From Balanoglossus misakiensis (Eukaryota > Animalia > Hemichordata), in contig CM082585.2 in NCBI GenBank assembly GCA_040954595.2, positions 6,287,808 through 6,351,807 on the forward strand: 64,000 bases of DNA, given 5' to 3'. The position numbers were made by a program, and so were the translations under genes. The notes under the pieces are model-generated. The model was not told where the DNA came from, ran no database searches, and saw nothing but the letters and a program-made list of their open reading frames with translations. How positions within the stretch are numbered: the first letter of the stretch is position 1; every line of letters begins with the position of its first letter. Of this stretch, positions 1-12,200 are shown piece by piece.

Positions 1-6
1 ACTCAC

Positions 7-252
7 CCTCTTGAAGGTTCTTCAAGATATAGAGCAGACAAATAAGAAGATCCTTGACTTCGGCTTCCTCCAACTTGTCGTAACTGATGAAGATCTTGCC
101 ACTAGAGGGCGTCCTGGAATGGCTGCTGCTGATCTCGGCCTTCTCCGTGGTTGCTTTCTCTCCCACACCGGTGCTGGAATTGCTGTTCAGCGAGATGTTG
201 GATCCGGACATTCTCTTCTCGACGGGTCTGGAGATGGTTGGTGTGCCGGGAC
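7..252 (-). CDS. DOCK9: DOCK exon [10 protein letters not shown]...[25 protein letters not shown]
   Basis: cag|...|gtgagt, phase 1-1, homologous to DOCK9 DKLDQSEIKSLLMCFLYILK. Confidence 0.94.
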
Positions 253-3200
253 CTGTGGTTACAAAGCAGTGGAAATATCTTAGTATGGTACTAAGGCATC
301 CATGAGGGAAAACTCAAGGCCTCGGAGAGAGATTTTTTTAAAGAGACAAAGTCTCTCTCTCACTGCCCCTTTTCCATTAATTATGTTTGATACAAGACAC
401 TGTTTATGATAATGTACATGTGTATATGTAGTGAATGAGTGTTCAACCACACACAACTTCCATCCCACTTGTATGATATGAGAGTGAAAAACTCGCTCAA
501 AATGAATAAATGATTATTCATTTTGGTGAGATTTTTACTCTCATATTCTATGTACGTGTACTTAATTTCTACAAGACCCCAATATATACAATCAAAGGCA
601 GATGCTGCGCAAAATCAATTTCCATGCATTTTTAGACTGTTAGAATGAGCACCAACACAAACATTTGGGAATACTGAAATTTACGACAATATCGGTTCCA
701 TCTGTCAAGTACTGAACATGAACATGTGCAGAAATGACAGCAGTCTGAATCACTGTCTTATCAGGAGTTAAGCTTGATCCTACATGATAGAAATTTATTT
801 CTGAATATACGAACACCAGTTTTCTGACTAAAAGTATTGCACTGTACAGAAAATAATGAAATCAATGTATGTATACAACAATGTTTTCTGTTCTATGGTG
901 GTAATTTGAAGTGTTTATCAACTACTACATGTATGCCCCGCTTCAAAAATCTGATATGGCTTGAAATGGTGGGGGTTTGGGCTAATGGTTGGGGGGCAGG
1001 AGTGGGGAGGGGCATATGTATAAGATGAAATGGTAATGTACTCAACCTGCTGAATGAGGTGTGGTAAAGTTGTCGTTTAATGGTGCAGGATTGGAAATTG
1101 CAGGCATACTACCACCTACACGGGAGAAAGAAACAAAAAAAGAAAAAGAAAAAAACACATCAAATGAACATGGTGTCAGTAAAAAAAACATTAAATGTAC
1201 AGGATATCAGTGAAATACAACATGTATTGATGAATTTAGAGGTATTATTATCAACATAGCAAAACAACATAACATAACAACATACATGTACTACATTGTA
1301 TAACATAATAGAACTGACGAATGAGGGTTTGGTATATTGCACATACAAATGAGACAATCCGCCCAATTCTTTGCTTACATCCATGCTTTCTTAAAATCAT
1401 ACTAACACCTAGTGACTGACAGTTCTGACAAGGTTTTAAAGAAGTTCCACAGTGAATGGTTTCCGACAATGACCCCTGACGCTCCAAAAGACACAACAAC
1501 TAACAGACAGGCAAAGGTTCCTTTTTAAACAATTTTTTTTATCTTCCTTCCCAACATGCACTAGCAAGTACCCTGCTACGAGAACTTTATAACTACGCAG
1601 TAATCATTTTTTAAACAAAAAGTATATAACTCAAATCCATACAAGAAAGTAAGATACACTGGGAAACACCAACAAAACCGGGTGTATGGAGTTACAGTCA
1701 AGGGCATTAATTTATTTTATCAAGTCAATAACATATTACATGCAAACCTTCTCATGCATAATATTATTAATCTTAAACTAAAGTTGGTAGCTAATGGAAG
1801 AGGTGATTAAACAAAGGAATTCTATCACAAAGGAAGCAAACTGTGATTTTTAACTAATTTTTTCATCTTTACTTATGCCTAACATCATCCTGCCAGTATG
1901 CCGGCTGCCATCTAAGAGAAAGAATATTTATTTACAGTGCTGTTAGTCAACTAAGATAATCTCAACCAAACGAAGAAAAAACACTCAATGAAATGAAACA
2001 AATCTCGTCTGATTAATTATTAGCGAAAGAACAGAGATTGTTTATTAATTGTGTAATAGACTTCTTGCATTTTCCAGTTGATACATGCATTAGATACTCA
2101 TTGATTTTTAAAGAACACAGCATTGATCTGTGGACAAGATTATTCAGGGCCTAAGAATGCTCTCATGTGGAGAGATCAGAAATAAGATGTGGACACATAA
2201 GAATGACAACTGAATGAGAAAGCAATATGGATGACAAGAGCTCTACAAGAATGCACACAGCACCATGATATGTACATGTACAGCAAATGACAGTGGAGGG
2301 GATTCAAACAAAAATCTGGTATTTTTTTCTGACCGTGTGGTGACATTTAGTGAATACATAGAAGCAACAGAAAATTACAAGGGAATACAGAAAACCTGAA
2401 CTGAATGAAGTTAAAATACAATCACGGTAGAGGTAGATGGAGAGCACAGCTGAACACATATAACTGAAACAATTTGGCGAACAGAGTTGAGAGTCAATCG
2501 ATACACAAGACATCTTTGACAAGGCACAACGAGAATTGACATCGCAGGTTACAGGGAATGATACAATGAGGGACAGAGTAAAACACGCGCAGATCATTGA
2601 AGGATCATTCCTAGTGTGATTGGTCAGCAATGAGCATGAGCAGATCATGATTGGTCCCAGCAGTGAGGCATGTGTCGATCATGTGATGGGTGCATGATAC
2701 AGCAGCGAGCATGGGTCGAGCAACAAAACTTCACACAGCAAATGACAGGCAAGCAAACTATTATTATTATTATTAATACAGCATTATTTTTCAGGGAGGA
2801 ATGCGTTAATAAAAAAGCTGGGTTGATGACAAACCTATTGTGAGGGATGTACGTCGGACAGCAGCGTTAGAAAGGTCACTTGATCCTGATATGAGTGAGG
2901 TGATGCCTGTAATTAAAGCCATGGATAAAAAAAGCTATGATTTGAAAAAAAATAATAATCTCCATGATTTGTGTCAAATGGCTTAGTGGATGAAATGATA
3001 CCCTGTATGGTGAGTCACAACCCACTAGTCTGATTATTTCCCGCGTTTATGGCGAATGATCTCCAAGGTACTCTTGAGCACACCCATTATGTTATTGGTA
3101 AAGCTTAGCTTGTCTTCAATGCATATTTCCGGCACCTGGGTTTCAAGAATAAAGCTTACATATTCTTGTGAAGTCATATTATAAGACTCACCTTTTATGA

Positions 3201-6200
3201 GTGACAGTGTGTGTCGAAAAGGGGGTGCGACTTATAATACCGATGTTCTGTTGTTTCCATTTTCTGAAAATCTCCTCCCAAACAAGTCTTTCAAAGAAGG
3301 GGTGCGACTTATAATACCGCCGCGACTTATGAAATGACTTAAACTGTACCATTAATTTGTTACCTTTCTCACATGTTATGTGTTGACCACATACCTTTTC
3401 CGTGGGGCCCGGCGATCATATCCAAAATACTGGAATCTCTCTGCCCGAGTTTTCCGCTCGGCACGGTGTTGAAGCGATCCGACGTATTGGTGTCTAGAGA
3501 GACGGAGCTCCTGGAGCTGGGTATGTAATTGGCGGTGAACGCGTTGTCGGGCGTCACCGGAGTGTCGCCCCCGTTGCTGCTCTGCGACGGCTGGGTGGGG
3601 GACATCTCGTCTCGCAGGTTCAGACGCTGCGAGTTCTCCAGGATGACGGTGATGAAGGGGAGGTACAGGGCCGCTATCCGCGCCTGCATTTGCTGCATTC
3701 AAGAAAGACAGAAAAAATGACTTAGTGCATTGTTTCATTAAAGGTATACGGTCACCTCTAATTTACATACGCCCATATATGTGAAAATGGCGTATTTGAG
3801 CGTTCTAAAGAACAGATGGTGGCGCTCTTTTTTTCGCTTGTGTCACCCACTGAAAATCTGTGATTGGCTAGATCTCAATTTACCATGGTAACTGTAGTTA
3901 AATTTGCATAGGTGACCGTAAGGCATGATCACTAATCTGATGATCAAAATCAGATGTAGAGTTAGGCACTGTCTTTAGCTTTTGGCCGTTCATTTTGGCC
4001 GTTCTGTACTCTGTCTTGGCTGTCCTCGGTGTACTTACACAACAGCCACTAATGAGCAAAGATACAGACGGCGCCCAACTCTGCATCTGATTTTAATCAG
4101 GTTGCATGATTCAAGGATTTGTACAAATTTTGCACCTAAAATATGAGACTTCAGACTAGTCAGATTAAAAGTTGAGAGAACATTTTCAACCAAATGAGAG
4201 TCACATACATAATAATTCGCTTTACCTTTGTCTTGTATCTGTCATCAAAGCTGTGTTTGGCAAGTAAATTCCTCAGCACACTTATTGCACATCTTCTGAC
4301 TTCTCTCGTTTCATGCAACGCACAGGAGAGCTCCCTCAACAGAAGACCGACCAAGAAGTGATTGCGACAGAATTCGTCGGTCAGGGCGTAGTCGTGCTGC
4401 AGATCTATCAAAAGAAGATTAAAAGAAATTTTTAGTACTTTTTTCGTTAAAACATATTGATTTTCAGTAAATACAGATCCAAGCCACAAAATGAACACTG
4501 GACATCACTGAAGACACAATGGCTATCACAGATGGTCATTCTGTGTGGATTCAAATTCAGGGTCAGAGGTCAGGCAAAACTATAGTTATCATGCAGACTA
4601 CAATCAAAAATGCAACAAAATTTACGAATCATGCCAACAAAGATTAAGTTAGAACGGCAGGGACCGTCTGTAAGATAAAGACAAATCATGTAATAGAGAA
4701 ACTGAGAACAGAAAAACAAATTATGTCAAAATAATGAAATGAGATTAAACATACAAATAAATTAGAACTACACAATCATACAAAATGGAGATAATTGTAG
4801 GTACTGAAAGGGAAGACTTTCAATTTTTTTTTAAATAACACCACTGAAGACAAAACCAGTACAAAACAGTGTGCTGAATGAATAAGAGATTAAGTGAGTT
4901 ATGAATAATATGGTGGTCCTAAGTCTGTGACCTGCCAGTAAACATTGTTGTCCAATAGCAACTGAGAAGTTCGGTTTATAAAGTGTATGATGATTTCACT
5001 ACAGATTCTGTTGAAGAAATCTGCAAAGTTATCACATCAGAATTGCTGGAGCTATCCAAATTGATATATTATGTCTGGAAAAATACTAGATTTTGAACTA
5101 ACTCTCTTTCTGAACACAGAATACAGTAACATACAACAGCATAACTTAATATTTTAGTGAAAGACAGGCACATACAATACATAGTTTTTCTAATATTGTA
5201 ACTAATATATACCAGTACTAGTGTCATACATGCGATGTAACATACTACATGTACCTATACACCCTATACCAGTAATATGAAAGTCTAATATTAATAATAT
5301 GATGGGACAATATCTGGAGAGTTAAAAATAATCAGCAGGCAGTCTAATACGTTATACAAAGTGCAAAATCAATAGATTACTATTTATACTATAACTATAC
5401 GACATAACAACTAACAATGATAAAACAACACAAGTCTAGACAGCATACAAGACAAAATGACGAAATTTTGAAAATAAATACTACAGATAGTGGTTGTATT
5501 TCCAAACAGACAATCAATTTCTAAAATCACTTTTGATTTGCATTTTATTTTTTACTGTAAATCAATTACTTTTTTGTGTGAATTTATTGTTAAAGTACAA
5601 AATTAATATTGACACTAACAAAATTTTATTCGGTACATATTTGACAGAAGAGATCAAAATCTTGCAATTTCGAGTTGGTTTGAAGACACTATACATAAAT
5701 GGCTACTCGATTTGTTCATGCTAGGTATCAGAGGAGGGAAATTACCATAATTTTTCCATCGACCGCTGTATGCTATAGTGATGTAAGTGCAGGACACGGC
5801 ACAAACAGGTAAAGAAAATACAAAGCAAAGGTCAGGAAAATATAACAACGTTGGCGCACAAGGTTGGAAAATATCATCACATGATCAGAAAATATATACG
5901 CTATGTGGCATGACATAAAGTAAGAAAATATACAGTACATGTATGAGGTCAGAAACGATAACGATGTTGGCATGATATCAGAATATATGAAATTTTGATG
6001 ACATACAAAGCATGGCAAGGGAATCAGCAAATGGTAGTTCTGGTGTACATGGTAGAGAAAACAGAAGGGTTGGCTGTCACATACATTGTAACAGTTTTGC
6101 TCGATGTCATACCCTATGGGTTGGGATAAATGAATACACTGTATGTTGGTGGTCAAGGGTCACTATCTGGTTGGTGGGTGGTACGTCATTGGGTGGTACA

Positions 6201-9200
6201 CTAGTATTGTGATTGGTTGTGTTTGTGTGTAGGTGTGTGTGTACGCAATGTATGTGCACGTGTGCATGCATGCACTTGTAAGTACATGTATGCTAAGAGT
6301 TCAAACTATGCATGGGAATCCTAACATGCATGTCACCATTCTGTAGGGTTTCATGTTTACAGTATCATGAGTTAAACATTTCAAACAGTATATGCCAACA
6401 CAGGATTGAGACACAGTACTTCTACATTGCAGTCCATGTACGTGTATCTAGATGCCACTATCTGTCTAGCTGGGGTTGATGCACACAGACTAGGACAGGG
6501 TTATAGAGGGAAGGTGTATTTTTAATATCACGGGAACAGTTTGATAGTACTGGTAGTTTCAAGAACATTCAAATGTGCACAAATAGTACGAGTCTGTCTG
6601 GAATGACAGTGAGATTTGCACAGGGAAGGAAGTGAAACAAGGAATGCAAAGATCTGCAAACCATCAAACAAACCAAATGCATTTCACACGTACTACAGAA
6701 ACACATGCTGTTATTGTGATTATTTTAGGATGGGCTGTTTGTTGACATCACTCGGTTTAATAATCAATGCGGTAAGCTTCACGAACCCTCGACAGGAACA
6801 TCTAGACACCAACTTTGGAGGTTAAATGGATTTTCACTTAAATAGCGCAAAAGTAGTAACGAACAGCAATTACACTTTACTTGATTGTCATTTTTTTTAA
6901 ATTTCATTGTATTTGAAAAATCTACACTGGTTAGACTTTGACTGATCATCATGGCTGACAACGATTACATATAAAATGCAGTGACACCTTCTGTAACCAT
7001 GGTGATCATTCAAATTCTAACCAGAGGCGAGGTACTTTTCTGATATAGCGTAATTAGAAATAAAACAACATTCTTGACTCTCTGCTTTTGCACTATTTGA
7101 GTGAAAATGGGCATAATTTGGAAATTTGGTTTTAATTGGTAATATTTTGTTAATTGTAAGACTGTCACAAGCCACACACTTCTCTGCAAGGGGTTGTTTA
7201 CGTATTAGTCCATCAATTTTTACAAAAATTTTATTTGACACAAAGACAGATCACAGGATGCTGGATGCAGAGATACGGAAATGGTCTTCTTACTGAAAAC
7301 GAAATCTCCATCTTCAAAAACATTATCATAATCATCACTACCTGAGGATCAAATTTTATCACATGAAAGAAAGAAAGAAAAAACAAAGAAAAAATGACCA
7401 AAACTGGTCCAAAAATACTCTGATATAAAAGTATACATATGTAAAAAAAAGCATTTCGCAAAATTTCTACCAAAGGATTTGGAACTTGTGGTCACATTTT
7501 CTGTAATGCGTACACTACAATTATTTTCAGAAAAAAATATTTAAAACGAGAAAAAAATTGATAAAGATGAAGGATTATGAAAAAAAACTTGTCAAAAAGA
7601 TATCTGTAGTAGGGAAATCAACTCGAAGTTGTGGTTCTGAGGTAAGGTGTCATGGAATGCCCCGGTAGAGGGGGGTTGTGGCTATTGCTCACTTTGTAGA
7701 CAATACATACCTTTGAACTGTTTGATTTGGCCGCCTTTACTCTGCAACGGCAGGTTGAGCGCAATGAAGTGTTCATGGCTGCACACGACCTTGAGAAACT
7801 CGAACTTCATCTCCAGAAGTTGCTAGAAAAATAGACAGAGGGGAACTCATGATGAGAAGAAGTGAATGTATGCACATGTTTCACTGTACTCACACTATTT
7901 CCAGTTGCTATATCATTTTTTGTTCAGAGAGAAAGTTACACTTCATGCTTCACACAGTGAACATGCAACTATTTTGAAACAAGTGTCTTTTCTGATGAGT
8001 CCTATTGATGAGGTGTGAACTGTGAATGCCACTAAAGTAAAAGATAGCACAGAAGCAAAAGTCTCGATACGACGTCTATATTCTGAGTACACAAATGTAG
8101 CTAACCTTGGCATCTCCTGGATTGAAGTAATCCACATACATGTTGATGAGTTTGAACACAAAGCCACGATCCATGTATGTAAAACAGTCCTGGGAAAAAT
8201 AATACCAATGACATTATTTATTTGCAATCCTTCACACTAACACACGCCACTCTATAAAGAAAGGTTTGTCTACAAGTATTACCAACTTGATCAGTTATTT
8301 CACCTAAAAATATATGAATTACGATTCTGTATAAAAAAAAAAATCAGACCACAGACCAGGGCTTTCTTTGGTTGTTTACGTGTGGTAGCAATTTTGAAAG
8401 TTATATTTTTGTATAAAGACAGGATTAAATAGACCGGTATGTCTAGATGCTACACATTATTAATATAGACAACAGAAATACAGTAGTTGCTAGAAAGGCA
8501 ACTGCGAATGGTACAAACCAAAGAGAATTGTGGGTAAAATACGGTACTGTGGGTACGAGAGTTCTGAAAAAGATCTCTACATCCATCACCCACAATACAC
8601 GTTTGGTTTTTCCAAAAAAAGAAAGAAAGAAAGACATACAACTGACCTTGATGAATGTAGCCAGATGAAAGTTGGCCTTTTTGTAGTCTCTGGGACTCTC
8701 TTTGTATTTTTGTGTGATATGCGGCATGAGTATCTGCAGCAGGTTCTGAACGCCGAACGTAAAAGAGGCGGGAAACCGACGATTTCTTGACAGCGCCATT
8801 AGATTGTTATGCACCAAGTACTGGGCCATGCTCTTGATCAGAATGCCGAAGAAAAACCACAAATGCTGGAAAAGAAAGAAATCAAAGTGAAAATGGAACC
8901 TCAGCTTGATATCCTGCATTGGCATGGCGATCCTTCTTTTGGTGGCGTCGGCAGTGCATCAGACAGGATTCCCGATTGGTCAGAGTTAGAAGGTAGCTGC
9001 GTTCTGATTGGCCAATAGTAATCCTAACAGCAGCATTGATTGGCTGGGATTTATTCTTACAGGCTTATTCTTGTATTTGAAGACAGTTATCGCTTGTGTA
9101 ACTTCATATAAGAATATGAGCACATAATAGGAACAAATCACCAATTGAAATGGAAAGCACATGTTTAGCAATATCCAAATCAGCATAGCAAAGGTTGGTG

Positions 9201-12200
9201 TTAAATACATGTTCATGTACTGTTTTCTAGATTGGCCACAGTCAATATATCCAACCACATTCTTGAGTAGTCAAGACACGGTCAACACTGTGGAGTGACT
9301 GTGGTCAAGATTTACTGCTTACAAAACCAACATTGTTCCCAATGACTGGACACAGCATCTGTTGCCATTAGACGTAATCACTCCTGACTACCAGGAGGTA
9401 GTCTAAATCGACCTTAGTCTCAATTAAAACCTGACATTACCTTCATGAGATTGCGCACAACTTGAGGATCGATGGTGGCTGGTTTCAGCAGAGCTGCCAT
9501 GGCTTTGACAAGTTCTTCATGCACTGTCTTCTTCATGGTGTTTGGTTTCTCCGTCACAAACACATACTGTATCACACAGACCACAAAATGATTGAAGTAC
9601 ATTGAGAACAGCTGGATTAATGTGTGTTTGTGTGTGCATGTGTTTGTGTATGTGTGTGTGTGTGTGCGTTTGCGAGCATGTGTATATCTGTCTATACATT
9701 TCCATTACCCCCTATCCTTTACCAAGCATTTTTAAAAGTCTTGGCATACACATCACACATATATACTTTTGCCTTCCTTCTAAAGAAAACTAGACATCCA
9801 TATCCCCTCAATGTTAATTTGAAACATTTACATAAATTGTGTTATTTTTGTGCTTAAAATAAGGATAGAAAGTTAATTGCCTCGAATCTTCAGTGAGACA
9901 ATGTAACATTACCTTGACATAGGAATGCAGTGCCTTTTCTCTGCCATCATTGTTGATCTGCGTCACCATGTGAATTAGCAATCTGTGAAATCAAAAACAG
10001 AAATATCACTATAATAAATACTAAAATGTCTGTGATTAGTAATCAACATGATTATAAAATCAGTGAAATACTGAATGACCAATATGCATGACAAAGACAG
10101 CATGACAGAGATGTTTCCAATTATGCGATTGATTGCTGCAAGGTCTAAGTTATCTGTTACCATGACAACCTACCTGACAACATTGAGTTGAATGTCATCC
10201 ATGGTGGAGTGTGGCAGAATTTTCAAGGTTTGGTTGAAGATGACTGGCAGAAATTGTAAAATTGTGAACGTGTCCACTGCATGCATAGCCTGTGGTTTCG
10301 GATTAAAAAAATGATTACTTTGCAATACTTGACCATTCCTTGAGATGTGTAATTAATCTCAGCTACACTGACGTCTGATTGAAGGGGCAAAATAACATTC
10401 CCAACAGTTTTCCCAAAATATATCCTCAGCTTCACATGCTATACATGATACTAATGACTCTAAAACAAACCCCTGAGAAATTTCAAATCACGCAAGACTA
10501 GTTTTACCCCCAACAAAGACAAATAATCCATACCTTTAGTAGTTGACACATAACCATGTCATGTGATTTAGTGCTGTTGAACGTCTGGCAATGGCTGAAG
10601 AAATTGTGGACGTGTAAATCCTGCAAGTATAAATGAGGTGCACATTTAAAAATTTTCAGTTTTATACAACAGATCAGAGCTACCTTTGGTTTGGCTCAAA
10701 ATCCCCTGTTTTAGTGGGCGCACAATGTAACTGCTACAATGTATTAAACTGTTATTTTGCACTGTACATCATGTAATGGTACACAGTACATCTTAAGTTA
10801 GTACTTTTTATCACATTTTGATATTATAATACGTACATTGTACTGGTTGGCAGGGTATCCCTGAACAGTAGGAATAATCCCGATGGTGCCTTAATAAACA
10901 GAAGCGTTGCACATGTGCAGTTCAGGCAACCTTCCCTCTTTAAACAATACCTTAAAGGTATACGGTCACCAATGCAAATTTACCTACAGTTACCATGATG
11001 GTAAACTGAGGTCTAATCAATCACAGATTTTCAGTGGGTATATGTGGCACACGCGAAAAAAAGAGCGCCACCATATGTTCTTTAGAATACATGTGTACTC
11101 AAAAACGCCATTTCAGCTATATATGGTGACATGTAAATTGGAGGTGACCGTATACCTTTAACACCACTGAACTGATTTTAATAAATCGTTCGTGTACTGA
11201 GCAGTTGGAGCTTACCTTGGTGTAGACAGTCGATGTCATCCTGTTGAAGACCTTCAGTAATGGTTTCCCACCTTCCAAAAATTTCACTTCAGGACCAGTG
11301 CTCTAAAAGTTTCCATACAAGACGACATACAATGTATATGAATTAAATGATAAAACAGATTCATGTGTTTTTTAGCTCCTGATATTTAACTGTTGTAATT
11401 GATTGCACAATTGATGTGAAATCATTGTATTTACCTTTCCAAGACCCAAGATTTTACACGACAGGTAGCCTGATATCAAAGTCGCTGCTACAGGTACTGT
11501 GATCTCATCTACATTGATTCTGCAAGAATTGAGAAAGGTAACAATTATAATTTGATATCAAATTTTTAGATGAGTGACTTTTATCATAATTATGTGGTCA
11601 GGTTGAATAGATATTAACACGCAGTATTATAATTAAAATATAATAATTTCAATTTTCACCCAAATACCAATTACATCACCCGATATATATATTTTTCAAT
11701 TACACTTGGTTCCTTTGAATTGATTTCATATTATAATGGCTTGTTTCAGTACAATATTTAGGTAGTGTTCCCATCTATTTTTGTGTTACACACTGTATGT
11801 CTGTTAAATGTTAATTTGTAAGTATCTACAAACATACATTAAGAAGGGAGATACTGGCTCAGACTCGATATTCAACAGTGTTTCATCCAGGTTGTAGGAT
11901 TGCGGGATTTATAGTGAGATTTATCGGTAATCTGAGCAACATCTATCAAACACTGATACAAATGGCCCAATACCACCACCCCCTCCCCCAATCCCCGAGG
12001 GAGCATAATCCCCCTATGGCATCCTGGTTGAAACACTGGTTCTGTTGTTTCCATGCATACAAGTACCTGTATACCAACCTTACCATGCACACTAAGGGTT
12101 ACCATGACATTTACATAAAGATACCAATTACACTCTCGATATGAAAATAGTCTTGAGACAACATACAAACAAAACAATCTCCATACATCCAAATAGGAAT

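Noticed and set aside
2396-2449. 54-nt in-frame segment in intron 1116-3394
   Set aside because: Donor gttttc is very poor and the peptide has intron-like composition.
3812-3827. CTCF-like CAGATGGTGGCGCT within family B MITE
   Set aside because: Mismatches at core positions and deleted in the 51155 copy.
5003-5020. 18-nt in-frame segment in the cassette-rich intron
   Set aside because: Weak acceptor tract and weak donor (T|gtagtg); shows the background rate of chance in-frame segments.
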